Shown: positions 45,490 through 48,527 of the stretch, in pieces
How the letters are laid out: the number at the start of each line of letters is the position of its first letter
Numbering within the stretch: the first letter of the stretch is position 1
Source: Acidobacteriota bacterium
GTDB lineage: Bacteria; Acidobacteriota; Aminicenantia; Aminicenantales; Saccharicenantaceae
Length of the DNA stretch: 48,527 nt
NCBI GenBank assembly: GCA_014894455.1
Contig: JADBLN010000030.1
Location: 13,547 to 62,073, forward strand
Direction of reading: 5' to 3'
Position numbers and translations under genes: made by a program
Notes under the pieces: model-generated
Databases searched by the model: none
What the model saw: only the letters and a program-made list of their open reading frames with translations
What the model was told of the DNA's origin: nothing

Positions 45490-46917
45490 ATGATCGCAAC
45501 CATCGTCAAAAAAGAGGTCCTGGGGCACATCCTCTCCTTCCGTTTCATCGTCACCCTGGCCCTGCTCCTGGTCGTCGTGCCGGTGACGACTTTCGTCCTG
45601 ACCAACGATTACCTGAAGAGAATCGACGATGCCTCGCTCCGCCAGGCCGAAATCGAAACCTACCTGAGGAGCTACGCCCACTTCAACCGGATCGGCAACA
45701 TCCTCCAGGCGACGCCGACCCCCATCCCCTTCCACGCCCTCGTCCGGGGCCTCGCGCCGGACATCAACCTGGGGGAGTTCGACAACGACCCCCTGCCTGT
45801 CATGTTTCCGCTTGTCGACCTCGTCTTCATCGTCACCATCCTCATGAGCCTCGTTGCCCTGATCTTCGCCTATGACGCGGTCAGCGGCGAAAAGGAGGAC
45901 GGCACCCTGAAGCTCGCGCTGGCCAACGGCCTCGCCCGGCCCAAGGTTATCCTGGCCAAGGTGGCCGGCGGCGGGCTGACGCTTCTCGTCCCCTTCCTGC
46001 TGTCGCTCATCCTCGGACTGCTCGTCATCCTCGTCCACCCGGGCGTTGACTGGAAGGGGCCGGACTGGGTCGCCCTGGCCCTGGTCACGCTGGGCACGGC
46101 GCTCTACGTCATGCTCTTCTACGGCCTCGGCGTCTTCATCTCCTCCCGCCACCACTCGAGCTCAGCCTCGATCATGACCTCGCTCCTCGTCTGGGTCCTC
46201 CTCGTCCTCGTCGTCCCGAGCCTGAGTCCTTACATCGCCTCTTTCCTCTCGCCGACGCCGTCCCGGATCCAAGTCGACAGGGAGGCCGAGCGGCTGGGGG
46301 ACACGGAGAGGGACGACCTCGGCCGGAAGCTCCAGGCGGAACGGATGCGCGAACTTGTCGCGAAATACCCGGTCCTGAACGAGCGCCTGTCCGAGGCCGA
46401 CAAGAAACGGCTGATGGAGCGGGACCCGGCCGCGAGGGAGGCCTTCGAGGCGGCCAGGAAGGCGACGCAGGGTGCGTGGGATGAGGCCAACCGGGTTCAG
46501 GGGGAAAAGATCGACACCGTCAGGAGGGCCGCGGCCCAACAGGAAGAGGCCCAAACGGGATTGGCCCGGACGATTTCCATGGTTTCGCCGCTCTCCGTAT
46601 TCACCTATTTAGCCACAGACCTCAGCTCGACGGGTTTGCGGAACGAAGCCTACTTCGGCCGGGTAAGCGACGTCTGGGACCGGGCTTTCTGGGACTACGC
46701 GCAGAAAAGGATCGCCGAGCTGCAGGCCAAAGACCCGGCGACGGACTGGTGGAACACGCCGGTGGACATGAGCGATCGGCCCCGGTTCGTCTACACCGCG
46801 GAGGCGCTCGGCGGCAGGGTCGAGGCGGCACTGCCGGGTTTCCTGCTGCTTTTCGGCTACGGGCTCGTCTTCTTCGTCCTGGCCTATGTCTCGTTTCTCA
46901 AGTACGACGTACGTTAG
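45490..46917 (+). CDS. ABC-2 type transporter permease (paralog)
   Basis: TIVKKEVLGHI, DLVFIVTILMSL, VSGEKEDGTL, ends FLKYDVR. Confidence 0.92.
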   Translation: MIATIVKKEVLGHILSFRFIVTLALLLVVVPVTTFVLTNDYLKRIDDASLRQAEIETYLRSYAHFNRIGNILQATPTPIPFHALVRGLAPDINLGEFDNDPLPVMFPLVDLVFIVTILMSLVALIFAYDAVSGEKEDGTLKLALANGLARPKVILAKVAGGGLTLLVPFLLSLILGLLVILVHPGVDWKGPDWVALALVTLGTALYVMLFYGLGVFISSRHHSSSASIMTSLLVWVLLVLVVPSLSPYIASFLSPTPSRIQVDREAERLGDTERDDLGRKLQAERMRELVAKYPVLNERLSEADKKRLMERDPAAREAFEAARKATQGAWDEANRVQGEKIDTVRRAAAQQEEAQTGLARTISMVSPLSVFTYLATDLSSTGLRNEAYFGRVSDVWDRAFWDYAQKRIAELQAKDPATDWWNTPVDMSDRPRFVYTAEALGGRVEAALPGFLLLFGYGLVFFVLAYVSFLKYDVR

Positions 46918-46927
46918 GCGGATCCCG

Positions 46928-47095
46928 CTATCGCGGCTTGTTTCCTTCGGACTCTACAGTCTCAAGTTCCGAAATTCTCTCCAGAAATTGTGTCGCTTCT
47001 TCAGCCGTCCAGACGCCGCAGAATTCGGCAAACTGATCTCTGTTATCTTTTCCCCTGACCTTATTGCTCTTGATTGATTCTTTCTTTGTGGACAC
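46928..47095 (-). CDS. 55-aa orphan antitoxin-like peptide (VapB/FitA-type C-terminal part)
   Basis: GGGGGAG RBS plus GTG; MSTKKESIKSNKVRGKDNRDQFAEFCGVWTAEEATQFLERISELETVESEGNKPR*; AT-rich. Confidence 0.5.
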   Translation of the reverse strand: MSTKKESIKSNKVRGKDNRDQFAEFCGVWTAEEATQFLERISELETVESEGNKPR

Positions 47096-47118
47096 TTTAA
47101 TCTCCCCCTGTCGATGAC

Positions 47119-48192
47119 CTAGGCTCGGGCGTAGGCGTCGAGATCGAGGTCGGTGGCCGGGTCGGGGCGGCGGGCGAACTTCTTGAGGGCTAGGGCGCCG
47201 ACCATGGCCGCGTTGTCCGTGCAGAGTTTCGGGGAAGGAATATAGGCGGGAAGGCCGGCGTCTCGGGCGAAGTCCTGGAAGCGCGCCCGCAGTCTCGTAT
47301 TGCGGGCCACGCCGCCGCAGAGGACGAGCGACCGGGGTTGGACCGCATCGGCGGCACGGCGAAGGTTATCGACAAGGGTCCGGGCGACAACCTCCTCGAA
47401 GCTGGCCAGGAAATCGGGGAGGCGCGCGTCATCCTTGACGATCCCGTGCTCCCGGATGTGTTTGAGGGCCGCCGTCTTGAGGCCGCTGAAGCTGAAATCG
47501 AGGCTCCGGTCTTTCGTCCGCGGCACGGCGAAAGGAAACGCCTTGGGGTCGCCGCCGCGGCCGAGCTTCTCGATGACCGGCCCGCCGGGATAACCGAGGC
47601 CGAGGAACTTGGCGATCTTGTCCAAGGCCTCCCCCGCCGCGTCGTCGCGCGTCCTCCCCAGGAGCTTATATGAAAGCGGCTCCTCCATCAGATAGAGGGC
47701 CGTGTGCCCGCCGGAGACGAGGAGCCCCAGGACGGGATACTCGATGCCGGGGTTTTCGAGAAAACACGCTTCGAGATGGGCCTCGAGGTGGTCGACGCCG
47801 ACGAGCGGTTTCTTGTGATAGTAGGCCAGCCCCTTGGCGAAGGACAGGCCGATGAGAAGCGAGCCGATGAGCCCGGGGCCCTGGGTCACGGCGTAGAGGT
47901 CGATTTTCTCGAGCGCGACGCCGGCCCGGCTCAGTCCTTCGCTCACGATGACCGCGATCGTCTTGATGTGCTGGCGCGAGGCGAGCTCCGGCACGACCCC
48001 GCCGTACGGCGCGTGGACTTCGTCCTGGGAGAGAACGATGTTGCTGAGGACGTCCGGAGCGGCCGCGGGCTCGGGGACAAGTGCCGGAGGTACAAAAAGC
48101 ACCTCCGGCGCGTGTCCCCTTTCTTGCGCGGCAGTCCGCAGCACGGCCGCGGACGTCTCGTCGCACGAAGTTTCGATGGCTAATACCAGCAC
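47119..48192 (-). CDS. tsaD: tRNA N6-adenosine threonylcarbamoyltransferase TsaD, with an N-terminal loop insertion
   Basis: IETSCDETS, YGGVVPELASRQH, GPGLIGSL, HLEAH, VSGGHT, DDAAGEALDK, FSFSGLKT, CTDNAAMV. Confidence 0.97.
   Translation of the reverse strand: MLVLAIETSCDETSAAVLRTAAQERGHAPEVLFVPPALVPEPAAAPDVLSNIVLSQDEVHAPYGGVVPELASRQHIKTIAVIVSEGLSRAGVALEKIDLYAVTQGPGLIGSLLIGLSFAKGLAYYHKKPLVGVDHLEAHLEACFLENPGIEYPVLGLLVSGGHTALYLMEEPLSYKLLGRTRDDAAGEALDKIAKFLGLGYPGGPVIEKLGRGGDPKAFPFAVPRTKDRSLDFSFSGLKTAALKHIREHGIVKDDARLPDFLASFEEVVARTLVDNLRRAADAVQPRSLVLCGGVARNTRLRARFQDFARDAGLPAYIPSPKLCTDNAAMVGALALKKFARRPDPATDLDLDAYARA
48073..48119. repeat. GGGGACA-ended palindrome inside tsaD
   Basis: ggggacaagtgccggaggt-N9-acctccggcgcgtgtcccc (19-bp arms, 2 mismatches). 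Confidence 0.85.
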
Positions 48193-48527
48193 GGAGCAGA
48201 GACCTTTCCCCCGTATTTTAACAGAAAAGGGATTGTTGCTCGAATCCCACGCAACATCCTCGGCCGGCCCGGCGTATTAATTTCGAATGCCGTGGGAATT
48301 TTTCGCCTTTTCAGCTGTCTTATTTTTTGGTGGTTTTGTTGACAAAATGGCCCGAAAGTTGCTTATTGTAGGCTAAGATAGCAAGGTTAGTTCAGCACTC
48401 GGGTTCCCAGCGCTCGATGCGTCCTCTTTTTAACATAATTAGGAGGTGGGCGATGCGCATCCCCAAAGCCGCCCTAGCCTGACCTATTCATAAACATTCA
48501 TGACGGCGCCAAAATTGAGAGGAATCG

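Noticed and set aside
43201-46155. 984-aa minus-strand ORF and similar long overlapping ORFs (9163-11067, 9606-11198, 12528-14489, 28117-29712)
   Set aside because: Antisense or off-frame shadows of well-supported genes, expected in high-GC DNA; no recognisable motifs.
48448-48510. Fluoride riboswitch (GGCGATG start)
   Set aside because: Lacks the GTTCGCC pairing and the CTRATGAC pseudoknot partner.

Overview
High-GC bacterial chromosomal segment. The gene repertoire (6-bladed beta-propeller lipoproteins, DUF4097/ECF modules, NEW3-ABC module, IS91-type remnant) suggests Ca. Aminicenantes/Acidobacteriota; this taxonomy is inference only. The backbone carries housekeeping and catabolic genes: a YgiQ radical SAM (partial), purM, tsaD, tRNA-Ala(CGC), cyanophycinase plus a YfcC transporter, GH116, GH36, a GH38-like hydrolase, an APC permease, a YtcJ amidohydrolase, arsR-arsM, OSBS/NSAR, a GT4, TolC with a NEW3/ABC-2 exporter, and two ECF sigma/anti-sigma/DUF4097 operons. 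The main unusual features are: (1) a lower-GC island at about 4.5-9.3 kb, bracketed by a diverged duplicate of a yfcC 3' segment, holding an IS91/ISCR remnant and two beta-propeller lipoproteins that share a 200-bp header; (2) several short hairpin-repeat families, three instances of which sit in frame inside coding sequences (tsaD, GH38, GH36); (3) a signal-peptide protein with an EspA/Bsp22/needle-like C-terminus and no T3SS nearby; (4) a 169-nt structured RNA-like element; (5) several unannotated small ORFs and gene-remnant scars. No CRISPR array or rRNA was seen. All family calls come from manual motif recognition, not database searches.
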